Assembly: GCF_006345805.1 (NCBI RefSeq)
Contig: NC_042997.1
Coordinates: 160,456,001-160,520,000 of the forward strand
Direction: 5' to 3'
Origin: Octopus sinensis
Lineage: Eukaryota
Length of the DNA: 64,000 nucleotides
The position numbers and the translations under genes were made by a program. Below, piece after piece: positions 1 through 13,000 of this stretch (position 1 is its first letter; each line of letters starts with the position of its first letter). The notes beneath the pieces were generated by a model, which saw only the letters and a list, made by a program, of their open reading frames with translations, made no database searches and was not told where the DNA came from.

Positions 1-469
1 TATATATATGCATATGTAAGAGTATGAATTATATATTTTTGTGCGCATTTGCGTTTAAGTAACAACATAAAATTTAAATGTTACGATCACTCCTCTACAC
101 TGCAGGTATAAACTTGTCTGTCTGTATATTTCTATATACACACACAAGCACAGGCACTCACACACGGACACACGTACAAACATACACAAAAACACGCTCG
201 TACGCACGCGCGTGCATACACACACACCCACACACGTTTAATTACAAAATATTTCCTAGCATTGGCAGAAATTCATAGTTAGGGTGTCTCGCGGTTCAGT
301 TTCTTTCCAGAGGCATTTTCAACTTGTTTAAAAAAAACAAAAAAAAACAGTACAAAACTGAAACGCAACGAAATATATGTAACAAGGCAAGTTGTGTATG
401 TGATGTGGTAATTAATTTTTCACTTGTAAACTGTCTGAAGTCCTATTTATCACAATATAATACAGAAAT
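1..469 (+). promoter_or_regulatory. Conserved upstream region of the lectin gene; possible 5'UTR intron at 106-465
   Basis: Homologous to ~50790-51226 and ~61605-62071. CAG|GTATAA at 105/106 is kept in all three copies (donor or TATA-like). TACAG| at 465 lies just before the ATG. Confidence 0.35.
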
Positions 470-824
470 ATGTATTGGTTCTCAGTTAGTGCCGTCATTC
501 GAAAAGCGAATCTTTACGCAATTACTTTCTCAATGCTACTATTCCAAATATGCTTGGGCGGTAATGCAGCATGCCGAGAATATTATGGGACCTGTATTCA
601 CCCTTCTGTAACTGGCATTCCAGAAGCTGACAAGTTGAATCAGATATCAAACATCCGATCAAAAATTGAGTGCTTTTCTCACTGTGTGGCGTATTCCAAA
701 TGTGGTATGATTATTTACAGCGTTTCCGAGAAAGTATGTATCCTACGTAAAATCAAGCAATTACCTAATGCCTCATCATTCATCGACATTCCTCCAAACA
801 GCATTTACACCATGCTACAAGCTC
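470..824 (+). CDS. PAN/Apple + C-type lectin gene, coding exon 1 (signal peptide and PAN/Apple domain)
   Basis: ATG at 470. Hydrophobic stretch LYAITFSMLLFQICLG, then the PAN core ECFSHCVAYSKCGMIIYSVSEKVCIL (C-x3-C-x5-C-x4-Y-x6-C). Donor GCTC|GTGAGT at 824/825, phase 1. Conserved in two paralogs in this window. Confidence 0.85.
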
Positions 825-848
825 GTGAGTAGTTTTCTTTTCATATTA

Positions 849-1072
849 CAATAACCCCTCGCCATATCGCAGTTCGTCTATCGCGGTTTACTATTTAAGC
901 TTACATCGATTCCTCCGTGCTGGTGTTTTGCCTTTATAATAAAATAAATGTATACAATTTGTAAAAATAATTTTAAAAAAATATACAGTACAGTACTGTT
1001 TCTACTTCACGGATTTTCACTTATCGCGTAGTGTTTTGAAACGTAACACCCGCGATAGACGAAGGATTACTG
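849..1072. mobile_element. Tigger/pogo-like MITE
   Basis: Imperfect TIRs caataacccctcgccatatcgc / gcgatagacgaaggattactg with TA on both sides. The same insertion is at 62456-62690. Confidence 0.75.
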
Positions 1073-1271
1073 TATCACTTTTTATTTCACTTAATGTTAG
1101 ACCCTGTTATTTTCTTATTGAAGAGGATATTTGTGATCTGAGACAAATTTTACTTCTGTTTCTAGTAGGTCAACGATGGATTGTGTTACGCATATTGTTC
1201 AAGAATAATTTTTGTTATTTTCATTTAAGCTTAATAATATCATCTTAACGTAATTTATAATGTATCTAGAC

Positions 1272-1340
1272 CAGTGCTTTTCAACCTTTTTACTGGAGCG
1301 GAACCCTAATGTTTCGCGGAACCCTGGTTGAAAACCACTG
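1272..1340. mobile_element. 69-bp hAT (Charlie-like) MITE
   Basis: TIRs cagtgcttttcaacc / ggttgaaaaccactg. Perfect 8-bp TSD ATCTAGAC at 1264-1271 and 1341-1348. Confidence 0.9.
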
Positions 1341-2586
1341 ATCTAGACCTACGTAAACTTGTCATTTTTTCCTTGTAAGGCATTAATTAGGATGTTTATT
1401 TAAAGGCAATTTTGCTGCTACCATATAGAGTCTATCTTTTGGTTCGTATTGTGCAAATGTGTGCATGTGTGCATGTCTTTTCTGTATGAGATTAGCGCGT
1501 GTAAGGTTTATATATAAAGTAACTTCTAGCAGTATATTTTGTAAAAATCAAGTTTTTTCTATAGATTAATTAAATGGGTTCAACAGAAAATGGTTCTGTT
1601 ATGATGTACGACCACTGGTATGGATATATAAGATGTGCTTTCTTGTAATATATATGAAAATATTATAGTATCATCCACTACGTATTATAGTGTCAGCCTG
1701 TACAAAATCCTTGGATGCAGAAGCCTTTTTTCTGATCAGTGGATTAAAACAGGGTCTCTCAAACAACTCGGTGGAAAAAATTCTAGGGTTCCATGAAATA
1801 AGGTGTCTTTATATAAAAATTAAATAAGTGTAATTTATAGAAGAAACTTTACACATAAGTTTATCTAAATAAAACAGTTATTGTATTTTTTTGTGCGATG
1901 ATGTTCTCTATCTTAAATAATTCTTGCTTCAGCTAAGGTCTTATTACCAGTAAAGTGGCAACAAGGATCGTCGCTAAAAGATAGAATAACTCAATCGACA
2001 TTTTGGAAATATTGTATAAAGTTTCCGCAAGAAAATAATGAATGAGACGTTTTGATGCAATACGTACACTCTCACACACAACTACACATAAAACATACAG
2101 AATAGTTTTCTACGTTTTGGTATTATTTAATTTAACGTTGACAGGGCTGCTTGTAAAACAATAGATGATACCATCTGTAATCGTTGCTGTGAAGGGCTTC
2201 TGTATAAGTAAGCATATTATAATTGTTGATTTCAGGAACTGTTATGTATTACATTTCACCTCTTTTATTCTTTAGTTCGCACACCTTAGCGTTCTCGTGA
2301 TTGCAGCAGAACCAGTTATATGTATGACTGTATTTTTGGCATTTTTCTTTCTATATATATCTTTGAGAATAATTTAAGTTTCTTTTCATTTACATGTTAT
2401 TGTCATTGTTCTTCTTGGGACTTAGATAAATCTTGATCGCGGTATGATCAAAGATATTCCCGTCAGATGTATGCATGTATATATGTATGTGTGTGTATGT
2501 ATATATATAATTATGCATGCATATATATATGTCCAGTTCAGACCTTCCAAAACTCGGGCGTTATGTATGTATATATATATATATAT

Positions 2587-2990
2587 CTTTACTCTTTACT
2601 CTTTACATGTTTCAGTCATTTGACTGCGGCCATGCTGAAGCACCGCCTTTAGTCGAGCAATTCGACCCCGGGACTTATTCTTTATAAGCCCAGTACTTAT
2701 TCTATCGGTCTCTTTTGTCGAACCGCTAAGTGACGGGGACGTAAACACACCAACATCGGTTGTCAAGCAATGCTAGGGGTACAAACACAGACACACAAAC
2801 ACATACACATACATATACATATATATACATATATACGACAGGCTTCTTTCAGTTTCCGTCTACCAAATCCACTTACAAGGCATTGGTCGGCCCGGGGCTA
2901 TAGCAGAAGACACTTGCCCAAGATGCCACGCAGTGGGATTTAACCCGGAACCATGTGGTTGGTTAGCAAGCTACTTACCACACAGCCACT

Positions 2991-2993
<3 letters not shown>
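2587..2993 (-). mobile_element. tRNA-derived SINE (Octopus-SINE-like)
   Basis: Minus-strand head aggagtggctgtgtggtaag...gggttaaatccc has A-box and B-box-like motifs, with a (AGAGTAA)n-like tail. Highly similar to 3901-4284. Confidence 0.85.
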
Positions 2994-3055
<62 letters not shown>

Positions 3056-3343
3056 TACATATATATATACATCAGCGGTCAGTGAGGAAGTAAAGAGTAA
3101 GAGAGGTTCGTAGATATAATATACGAGAGGGTTTATATATAGATGAACACATCGCAAGTAGAGTTTGGGAAGTATGTTATCGAAAGAAACCTGAAATTTG
3201 CAAGAAAGTCAGATAAACGGAAATTACTGAACTCATTTGATTAGAGTTGGGAGTTAAGACTGTGGGAAAACATAATTGTGACTAATTGAAGAATTCAAAA
3301 ACATTGTGTATGTATGTATGTGTGTGGTGCATGTGTGTGTAAT

Positions 3344-3400
<57 letters not shown>

Positions 3401-3657
3401 AAATAATGAGGGAGATAAATTAATATTAATTTTAATATCAATTTAAAACCAACATACAAAAAATCTGAGAAATCAGAGAAAATTCTAATATATGTGTATA
3501 TTGGCAGGGCATGACTGCTAGGTAGTCGGCCGCATGCTAGAAATAGATCATCAACGATCAAACAACAAAGAAAGTTCTCTAGAGGAAAAATTCAGCGAAC
3601 ACCAGAACCAAATTTGGCGGGCAGGACAGATGGAAATTTATATAAAAAACAGAATTA

Positions 3658-3734
3658 ATTGCATACCTCGGTTTCGGCCTTTAACAAAAGAATTACTTAC
3701 ATAATTCAAATGTCCGTGGCTTCATCAGTACAAT
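3658..3734 (-). ncRNA. Type I hammerhead ribozyme motif (Penelope-like remnant)
   Basis: Minus strand: attgta CTGATGA agcc..ggcc GAAA ccgagg TA tgcaat. Stem I has 6 bp; the stem II closing pair is mismatched. Confidence 0.65.
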
Positions 3735-3857
3735 CGTTCAGTGTAAATGCAATCTGAAAAACTAACCCCAGCTTTCTGTGCCAAGACAGACACGTGCTTA
3801 GTTTTACCGATTACATTAAGGATAAAATTTCAAATGTCTTAGTTCCGGCGCGCTAAG

Positions 3858-3900
<43 letters not shown>

Positions 3901-3901
<1 letters not shown>

Positions 3902-4284
3902 TCTTTTACTTGTTTCAGTCATTTGACTGTGGCCATGCTGGAGCACCGCCTGTAGTCGAGCAAATCGACCCCAGGAGTTATTCTTTGTAAGCCTAGTACT
4001 TAATCTATCGGCCTCTTTCGCCGGAACCGCCAGGTTACGGGGACGTAAACACACCACCATCGGTTGTCAAGTGATGGTGGGGGGACAAACACAGACACAC
4101 AAACATATACATACACATACATACATATATACATATATACGACGAGCTTCTTTCAGTTTCTGTCTAGCAAATCCACTTACAAGGCTTTGGTCGGCCCGAG
4201 GCTATAGTAGAACACATTTGTCCAAGGTGCCATGTGGGGCCATGTGGTTGGTAAGCAAGCTACTTACCACACAGCCACTGCTAC
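3901..4284 (-). mobile_element. tRNA-derived SINE, second copy
   Basis: Collinear with 2587-2993, with a small deletion in the head. Flanked by (TA)n. Confidence 0.85.
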
Positions 4285-4287
4285 GTC

Positions 4288-4319
<32 letters not shown>

Positions 4320-4320
<1 letters not shown>

Positions 4321-5457
4321 TGGGTCATAAAGCGGTTTTTGCGATAGCATGAATTAAAAGGCGGAGGGGGACGGGATAAACTACCTGTATCAACTTGGTA
4401 TAAATGCAGGTGGTAATTTTACTTTGTACTTATACTTAGTGCAAGTTTTGAAAATTGAATTTCGATTTCAAAAGTTATTTTTTCAAAGCTACAATGGAAG
4501 TCACAAACGAGCATATTCGTCATAGTTTGTACTATGAGTTATATGCCAACGCTGTTCTTGAAATTCCAAGCCGGAAATTACAGCCTAGAAGACGAGCCTC
4601 GTCCTTGAAGATCTGTAGAGCTTGACGAGAACGTCCTGCAAACACTGGTGAAACAAAGTCCCATCGTAACTGTTGAAGAACTAACAGAGAAGTTTGGATT
4701 TGGTCATTCAACCATTCATCGACACCTGCGTGCTATCGGAAAAGCTAATTGGTAAACTTTCCGAGTTTAATCGCAAGCAGAGAGAGAATGTTTGGTTTAC
4801 CTTGCTGTCACGTCTCACGAATATACCTCTTTTGAACCGAATTGTGACGAGAAATGGGTTCTCTATAAAAATGCCAAGCGCCGAAGACGGTGAGTAGGGA
4901 AAGGAGAAACACCGGCGCTCCAGTCTAAAGAAAGTCTTCACCAACCTAAGGTACTGTTAACTATTTGGTTGGATATGGAAAGTTTATTCCACTTTGTACT
5001 TATAAATCCAAACCAAACGATAACAAAGGAGATCTACTGCAAGCAGCTTGAGCGGCTTAAGTCAGTTCTAGAAGAAGAACGAGCATCTTTGATTTCAAGA
5101 CGAAAGGTGTTCTTCCATCAGGATAATGCTCGGCCGCATACAGCGTGAAAGACGTTCCAGAGGCTGGAGCAGCTTAATTGAGAACCAATACCTCATATTC
5201 ACCAGATATTTCCCCATCTGATTATCATTTATTCCGTAGGCTTCAAACTCATTTGGACAGAAAAAAATATGTAGGCAACGTCAGAATAGTACTGGAGGAA
5301 TATTTTTAGTCAGGGACAAGGAAATTTTGGAAGAAGGCCTTGGAGGTCTACCAAATAGATGGAAGAGTATTGTAGAAAATGAAGGAGCGTATATTTAAGA
5401 TTAAAAAAGAACATTACAAGAAGTATAAAAAATTGCATAATTTATGGGATGACCCAA
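4320..5457 (+). mobile_element. Mariner transposon, decayed transposase
   Basis: Ends TA-ttgggtcat / atgacccaa-TA. ATG at 4494 (MEVTNEHIRH). Remnant motifs SLEDEPR, RIVT, HQDNARPH and PYSPDISPSDYHLF, with many frameshifts. Confidence 0.88.
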
Positions 5458-5464
5458 TATGTAG

Positions 5465-5748
5465 ACATACATACATACATACATACATACATACATACAT
5501 ACATACATACATACATACATACATACATAAATGCATACATGCATACAGCAGTTGTCAAGGCAGAACTGAAATATAGAGAAAGCGACAGAGTGAGAGATCA
5601 TCATCATGATCATCATCATGATCATCATCATGATCATGATCATGATCATCATCATCATCATTGTCATCATCGTCATTCTTCTTATATTTCTTCTTCTTCT
5701 TCTTCTTCTTCTTCTTCTTCTTCTTCTTCTTCTTCTTCTCCTTCTTTA

Positions 5749-5823
<75 letters not shown>
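5465..5823. repeat. Compound microsatellite (TACA)n-(CAT)n-(TTC)n-(TTA)n
   Basis: Directly visible. Source of spurious poly-amino-acid ORFs. Confidence 0.95.
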
Positions 5824-5826
<3 letters not shown>

Positions 5827-8800
5827 TAGTTTTATTTTTATAGCGTGCTTTCACTTCACTACCGAGCGCAGCTCTGTGTGGCTTAGGTATGTGCTGTGAT
5901 TTGTTGTGATGCTCTGATGGTTATTGTATGGAAAGTGTTCTGCGTAGGATGTGTGCAGTGCCTAGTAGTGCAATTTTCTGTATGTTATATGTGTTTGTAA
6001 GTCCTGGTGTTTTTGTTATGTATTCGTCTGAATATTTTTTATTATGCCTAATGCACCTACTATGATAGGAATTGTTTCTGTTTTTAGATTCCACATTCTG
6101 GTTACCTCTATTTCCAGGTCTTTGTATTTTGAAAGTTTCTCCATTTCTTTTAGAGAACGTTGTCATCTGCCGGTATTGATACATCAATTAGAAAGCATTT
6201 TTTTCTTCATGATCTCTGACAACTATATCTGGTCTGTTGGCCTTAATTTCTCTATCTGTGTGCATCGGCATATCCCAGAGTATGGTTGCTTTCTCGTTTT
6301 CTGTGACCTTTTCTGGTGTGTGCCTATACCATCTTTTTTCTGTTGTTATTCTATAATGTTGGCATAGCTTCCAGAGTATGTAGGTTCCAACTCTGTCATG
6401 TCTGTGAACATATTCCTTCTTAGCCAGGACTGGGCAGCCAGAGATAATATGATTTATTGTTTCTTGTCCATCTCCACATATTCTGCAGTTACTTGTGAGA
6501 TTTCTTTTCATTACATGCTTTTGGTAATTTCTGGTGGGGAGGATTTGGTCTTGTGCTGCAATAAAAATCCCTCTGTCTCTGCTTTGAGTCCTGAGCTTCT
6601 CAACCATTGCTGGGATTTTTCTTTGTCAATTTCTTTTGCGTTTAGTTTAGTCCAGTATTTACCATGAAGTGGCTTTTCTTGCCATCGTTTTATCATGGTT
6701 CGTTGCTGTTCTATTTTTAGTTTGGATTTCATTTGTTTTATAGCTTTTGTTGTTTCTTCTTCGTCTTCTTCTTCTTCTCTTCTTCTTCTTCTTCTTCTTC
6801 TTTTCTTCTTCTTCTTCTTCTTCTTCTTCTTCTTCTTCTTCTCTTCTTCTTCTTCTTCTTCTTCTCTTCTTCTCTTCTTCTTCTTCTCTTCTTCTTCTTC
6901 TTCTTCTTCTTCTTCTTCATATTTATTAGGTGGTATGATTTCTTGTTTGTGTTTATCAGCTTCCTTAAATACGGAGAACAGTTTTTTTGTTTTGCTCGTG
7001 TTTTGCTGCTATTTGTATCAGTTTTCCCTCCTTCTGAAGTAGATATTTTTGCAGTCTTATGGTGGTTATTTTATAGTAGTTTTCCAGCTGTATAAGGCCT
7101 CTACCACCTTCTATACGTTGTATATATAGTCTTTCTATGTCAGATTTTGGGTGATGCATCCTAGATCCTGTCGTTATTTTTCTTGTTTTCCTATCTTTCT
7201 TGGTCAGTTCATTTAGTGTCCAGTTAAGGATATTGTTGCTGTAACTTATAACTGAGACAGCTAAAGTGTTAATACCTATTATCTTGTTTTTAGCATTGAG
7301 CTCTGTTTTTAGTATTGATCTAACTCGTCTATAATATTCTTTTTTTATTTTCTCTTTCAATTGTGTGTGTTGTGTCTTACCTAGTTCATGGATTCCTAAG
7401 TATTTGTAAGTTTGGCTTTGGTGTAGTTCTTTTATTTTCATTGGTGTGATGTTGCTACTCTTAACTAGTTTTCCCCTTTGCAGGGTTACTTTGGCGCATT
7501 TTTCTAATCCAAATTTCATATCTATTTCTTTGGTAAATCCATGAACTGTCTTTAATAGTGTTTTCAGCTGTTTGTCATTTGCAGCGTATAGTTTTAGGTC
7601 ATCCATATATAAAATGTGACTGGTCGTTTTGCCGTAACATTTATATCCGCATCCAGTTCTATTTAGCATATCAGATAGAGGTGACAGTGCCAAGCAGAAA
7701 AGGAGTGGAGAGAGCGTGTCTCCCTGGAATATTCCTCTTCTAATGGGGATGACTTTGGTTTTCATGAGTCCCTCTTTTGTTTGGATCTGTAGCACTGTTT
7801 GCCATTTTTTCATAGAGTGCCCTATGAATTTTATAATTGTTGGTGCTACTTTGTTAATGGCTAGTGTTTCGAGGATCCATGTGTGGGGGATGCTATCAAA
7901 CGCCTTTTTGTAGTCGATCCAGGCCATACTGAGGCCTTTCTTCTTTCTGTGGCTGTCTTCAGTTATGGCTTTATTAATCATTAGTTGATCTTTACAGCCA
8001 TATGAGCCTTTGCGGCATCCTTTCTGCTCTTCTGGAAACAGGCTGTTTTCGTCCGGATGCTTGTTCAACCTTTGCGATATCACTGCAGTAAATGCCTTGT
8101 ACATTGTGGGGAGACAGGTTATTGGTCTGTAGTTATTTGGTTTTGCTGTCTCATTTGATTTGGGAATTAAGATGGTTTTCCCCTTCGTGAGCCATTCAGG
8201 CATTGTCTCTGGCTCTACTAGTATGTTGTTAAAGTTTTCAGCCAGCTTTTAGTGCATTCCTGTTAGATATTTCAACCAAAAGTTGGGGATCTTGTCATGC
8301 CCAGGTGCCTTCCAGTTGCTTAGTCATTGCAGTGCCTGGGTGACCTCTTCAGTTGTTATGGGGGGTCCAAAGTTGTTCAGATGCTGAGTTTGTTGTTTTA
8401 ATACTCCTTTGTTTTGGTTGTTCGTTCGTTGACCATATTTCTCTCCAGAATTCTTCCACTTCTTCTGCCGTTGGTGCTGCAGTGATTTCTATTTTATTTT
8501 TGCCAAGTTCTTGGTAGAACTTTTTGGGGTTGGATTTGAACTTTTTGTTTTGTTCAAAGAAGCGCTGGCGTTTCTCGTACCGGCGGATCCTTTGTGCTTT
8601 GGCAAGGATATCTTGCTTCAGCGTTTCTTATATCTCAGGTAAATCTTTTTCTGTGATGTTATATTTGCGGAGTATTTTTGTTTTCTTTTTGTTGCTCAGT
8701 AGCGTTGATTGTCCACTGATTTCATTAAGAATCGACAGATCTTTTCTCATTTTTTGTGTTTTGTTTTGGATGTTATTTATCCACATGGTTTGTTTGGGTG

Positions 8801-9905
8801 GTGGTACTCCTGTTTGGATGGGTTTGAGTGAGTATCCAGCTTCTTTTGTGGCTGCAGTGGCTGCTGCGTATACTAAGTCATTTAGCTCAGTGATATCGCT
8901 TTTTGTTTCAGTGGCTATTAATTCCGTGACGGCTAGGTTTATGCTGTTTATAATTGGTGTTGTTGTTTCGTCTATTTTGATTTTTGGGAGGTATGGTCGT
9001 TGGTCCATTTTGAGCTCTGTGGTTTTCAGTTCTTTGATTATTTTACTTTTTATATTATCATAATCATTAGGCTCCCCTTCGTTGTTTCCAGGTTTTAGAT
9101 TTGTGTCGCTTTCTTTCTTATTTATGTTTGTTTGTCGTGTTTTGGCTTGCTGTTTGTCGTGTATTATTATGCATCCTTACAGTCTGGGTTTGTTTTTTGT
9201 TTACATCGTTTTTGTTGGGAATGTTACGTTTGTCTTCGTGTTTTACTGTTTCAGTGTTTTTATTATTGGGTATTGCTGTGTGGCTTCTATCTACAAATTT
9301 CCTGGCGTATTTTTTCTTTTAGATGTTCTATTTCTATTTCTGATATTTTCTTTTGCGTTGAGAATATACCTTCGTACGTTAGCTAGTTTATTAGGGTTCA
9401 TTGATGTATCCAAGTCTATATTTATGTTATTTTACTTCCATATTTTATATGCATGTGTGTTGTGTTTTCATTTTTGGGGTAGTAGAGCACTGCTGTGAAG
9501 TATGCGTTGGATAGAAATGTATTCTTCACGTGTCCATTTATGTCTTTTGGGTTTTATTTGCGGGACATGAGGAACAACGTCCGGCCCATTATTTTGACGG
9601 TCGTCATTTTCGTAGGGTACCGGTCCGTTCATTTCTGTTGTCACATTGTTTTGCACGTGTAGTTTTTCGTACATTTTGTGTTGTAAGTTTAAAGTACGTA
9701 CTTCCCGATTGCTATTCTTGGGTTGAATAATATCGGTGATATTTAATTTCTTCGTAGTTTTTTTGTACGTGGTGTTTGGGGTCGGGGATAATCTGGTGTT
9801 GATGGATCGTAATGTATCACGCATGTTTACACGTGTTGTGTTAGAGGTGGAGATGATATCGAGTTAAAATACATCATTTCGTTTCGAAAACAGTAATAAA
9901 TTTCA
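5824..9905 (-). mobile_element. R4/Dong-type RLE non-LTR retrotransposon, family A, near full length, disrupted
   Basis: N-terminal KRHKWTREEY. RT motifs YRPITCLP, WIDYKKAFDS, GIFQGDTLSP and YMDD. CCHC knuckle CRIC..ETINHIISGC, RHD, and RLE RPDIVV..D..K. (TAA)n on both flanks. Confidence 0.92.
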
Positions 9906-9933
9906 ATGGGTATTAATATTATTATTATTGTTA

Positions 9934-9984
<51 letters not shown>

Positions 9985-9992
9985 TATTATTA

Positions 9993-10027
<35 letters not shown>

Positions 10028-10028
<1 letters not shown>

Positions 10029-13000
10029 TTTTTTTTCTTCTTTCAAATTTTCTTCCATTTCTTGCCGAGTGTCTTCCCGACTCCTAGGGCAAAGAAACTC
10101 ATAGTGTATATTGGTAGGCCATTAAACCAAACTCAGTAGTTCGTTAATTTTTTTTTTTTTTTTTTTTTAAAGTTAAATTAAAATACATGAGCAGCAACAG
10201 TTCTCACATCGACAATGCTCTTCTCAATACGTGTGATGTACCAGTTAAGACAATCTTTTGCACTTCTTGCAGGGATGGTAAGCCAGGGATCATTCTCATA
10301 TAATTTTCGGTTCCTTTCTTGATCATTCCTAGTGCTCCTACGATCACTGGTATTGTAACCGCCTTGAGATGCCACATTTTCTCAATTTCAATGAGTAGGT
10401 CTTTATATTTTCTGAGCTTGTCAAACTCTTTCGCTGAGATATTATGATCACAGGGGATGCTCATGTCGATCAATAAGCAAACTTTATTGTTTTGGTCTTT
10501 CACAACAATATCTGGTTTATTGGCCTTGATGGTTCGGTCTGTATGTACTGGAAAGTCCCACAGAATGGTTACATTTTCTCCTTCAGTTACAGCCTCAGGG
10601 TGGTGATTATACCACTTGTCGGCAGTTTTGATATTGTAATGCCGACTTATTAGCCAGTGGAGATATTGGCCAACTCTGTCATGTCTTAATTTATACTCCA
10701 CTGGTGCTAAGACTTTACATCCAGAGATTAGGTGGTCCACTGTTTCAATCATGTCGTTGCAGAATCGGCATTTTGGGTCTGCTCCATTTTTCATCACATT
10801 GGCCTGGTAGTTCCGGGTTAATAGGCTTTGGTCTTGAGCAGCCAGGATGAAACCTTCGCTCTCTGCTTTTAGCCCTGAGCTCCGCAGCCACTGATGGGTT
10901 TGCTTCTGGTCAACATCAGCTTGTAAGTAATGCCACTTGCTAACCATTCAGGTGTTTTCTTTGGGTCTCTCAAAATTCCATTGAGCAGTTGAACTAGCTT
11001 ACCGTGTGCGCACGGGAGCGATGCGAGCCAGAAATTCGGTACCCTATCTTTACCGGGGGATTTCCAATTATGGGCCTTCGTGAGTGCCTTTCTTAGGTCT
11101 GCTATTGTGATGTCTTCCCATGCTTGTTGTTGTAAATTTTGGTAGGATCCTTCAGTTTGTATAATCCAGTCTGCATTTATGTTGTACGTCTTCTTGTCAC
11201 TCCAAATTCTTTCCCAAAAGTTTTGAACTTCTTCCATGGGAGGGGGGTCTTTAACGGTTACTTTCTCCTTCCTTATTTCTCTGTAGAATTTTTTGGCATT
11301 GGATGTGAACAGCTTATTTTGCTTGTAAAACTTGTTTCTCTTCTCAAATCTCCGTATTCTTTGGGCTTTTGCTTGGACTTTTTGTTTCAGCGTTTCTTTT
11401 ATTGATATCAGTTCTTCTCTTGGTGAGGATCCAAATTTTCTCTTCATCTTTCTTCCTGTTCTGGATCTTACATCATTTCCACATATTAGTTCATTTAATA
11501 TTGATATTTCCCCTCTCATAAATTCAATCTCTTTTTCAATTTTACTTCTCCAGGTTTGATTTCTTCCCAGGTTTTGTTTTCTTTGTTTTTTCGGGGGCAT
11601 ACAGCTGGTTTCAATTGCCCTAGCAGAAGCGTAAATAATTTCATTTAACTCAGTAAAATCAGGTTTTAATTCTCGTATTATTTCATTTGTTACATAGTTG
11701 CCAATTTGGTTTGTTTTTTATTTTGGTTTGTATTTGAGAGTTTATGAAGCGGTTCTCTATCATTCATACTTGTATGTCTTACAACTTCAAGCGTATTCAG
11801 GATTTTCTGCCTCATTTCTGCCATAGACTCTCTGTGTTCTTCAGCAAATGCGAGATCTTCAGTTACTGTTGTTTTTTCGTGTTCCTGGCTATCTTTAACA
11901 GGTACAATAGAATTTCTTGTATCTTCAGACCTTTGCGTACTTTGGTCAGATGGCAGTCTTTCAATTAAGCCTCGTGGCGGGCTATACTGTTCATCTGATT
12001 CTTCATTTCCTTTGTTTCTTATATTTATGTCATTTTCCGTTGCGTGCTTGATCGCACTTATTTCACTGTCTGTGAGTCTGTTATTTCTAAAGATATCCCT
12101 CCTCACATTTGCTAATTTGTTCTCGTCCAAATAGGGCCTACTGTCTTGATTCCGTGTTCTCCATATACTGTAAGAGTTTGCGGTGTGTCTCTCTTGAGAT
12201 GGCCTACCTAATGCATAGTAATAAGCGTATATTACTTCTTTATACTCTTCTCGGGTCCATTTGTTCCGCTTACATTTTTCTTTCTGTGGTGGTTGTGGTG
12301 GTGAACTTGGAGGGCTCGAGTTGGGGGATTTCCCATTCAAGTGACCATCCATGTCCGTATTCGGAGAAGAGTTTGTGCCAGTTGATGACTTTTCGATCCC
12401 AGGCTGGCTCTTCCCTGGGGGACGCGCTTCCAGATTAACCATAGGACAAGCGATTTGGTATACTGATTTAGTTTTCCTTTTAGTTTCCAAAAACATTTTG
12501 GTGCTACGATAATGTTATCATTTTTTAGCTTTGATTGGCTCGTGGGGAGACGGCCATCATTGCCGTTACAATTATAATCGTACCATTATAGCAGCCGTAG
12601 TCGGCTTATTATTGTTATTATCTTCACCATTACCATCACTATCATCATTATCACCACCATTACCATCATCATCATCATCATCACCATCACCACCATCATT
12701 ATCAATGATATTGTTTTATGTGTAGTCACAGCAGTATCTTATTGTTATTTTTGTTTTTTTATCATTATCACCATCACAGTAGTGTCTGTCTGTCTCGTTG
12801 GCTGGCTGACTGTCTTCAATGCCAGAGTTCTTGCCTGTCAAATAATACTTTCATATTTGGCTAACAATAGAGCCGAGGTGAGGTTTATGTGTGTGTGTGT
12901 AGATAGATAGATAGAATATCAGCACTATTACTATCTTTTTTTTGGGTGGGGTCAAAAAAAAAAGTTCAGATGTTTACTACTTTTAGCCTTAAGAAACATT

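Noticed and set aside
2900-2993. tRNA gene
   Set aside because: The A/B-box-like motifs belong to a SINE head, and there is no full cloverleaf.
5379-5899. ORFs with poly-H/S/Y/I/L or YIYI runs, here and throughout the window
   Set aside because: These are translations of microsatellites, with no splice or domain support.
8524-9498. Long + strand ORFs (also 41394-41933 on the - strand)
   Set aside because: These are antisense shadows of LINE coding sequence.
12500-12900. HDV-like ribozyme at the 5' end of the RLE LINE
   Set aside because: No consistent nested double pseudoknot was found by eye.
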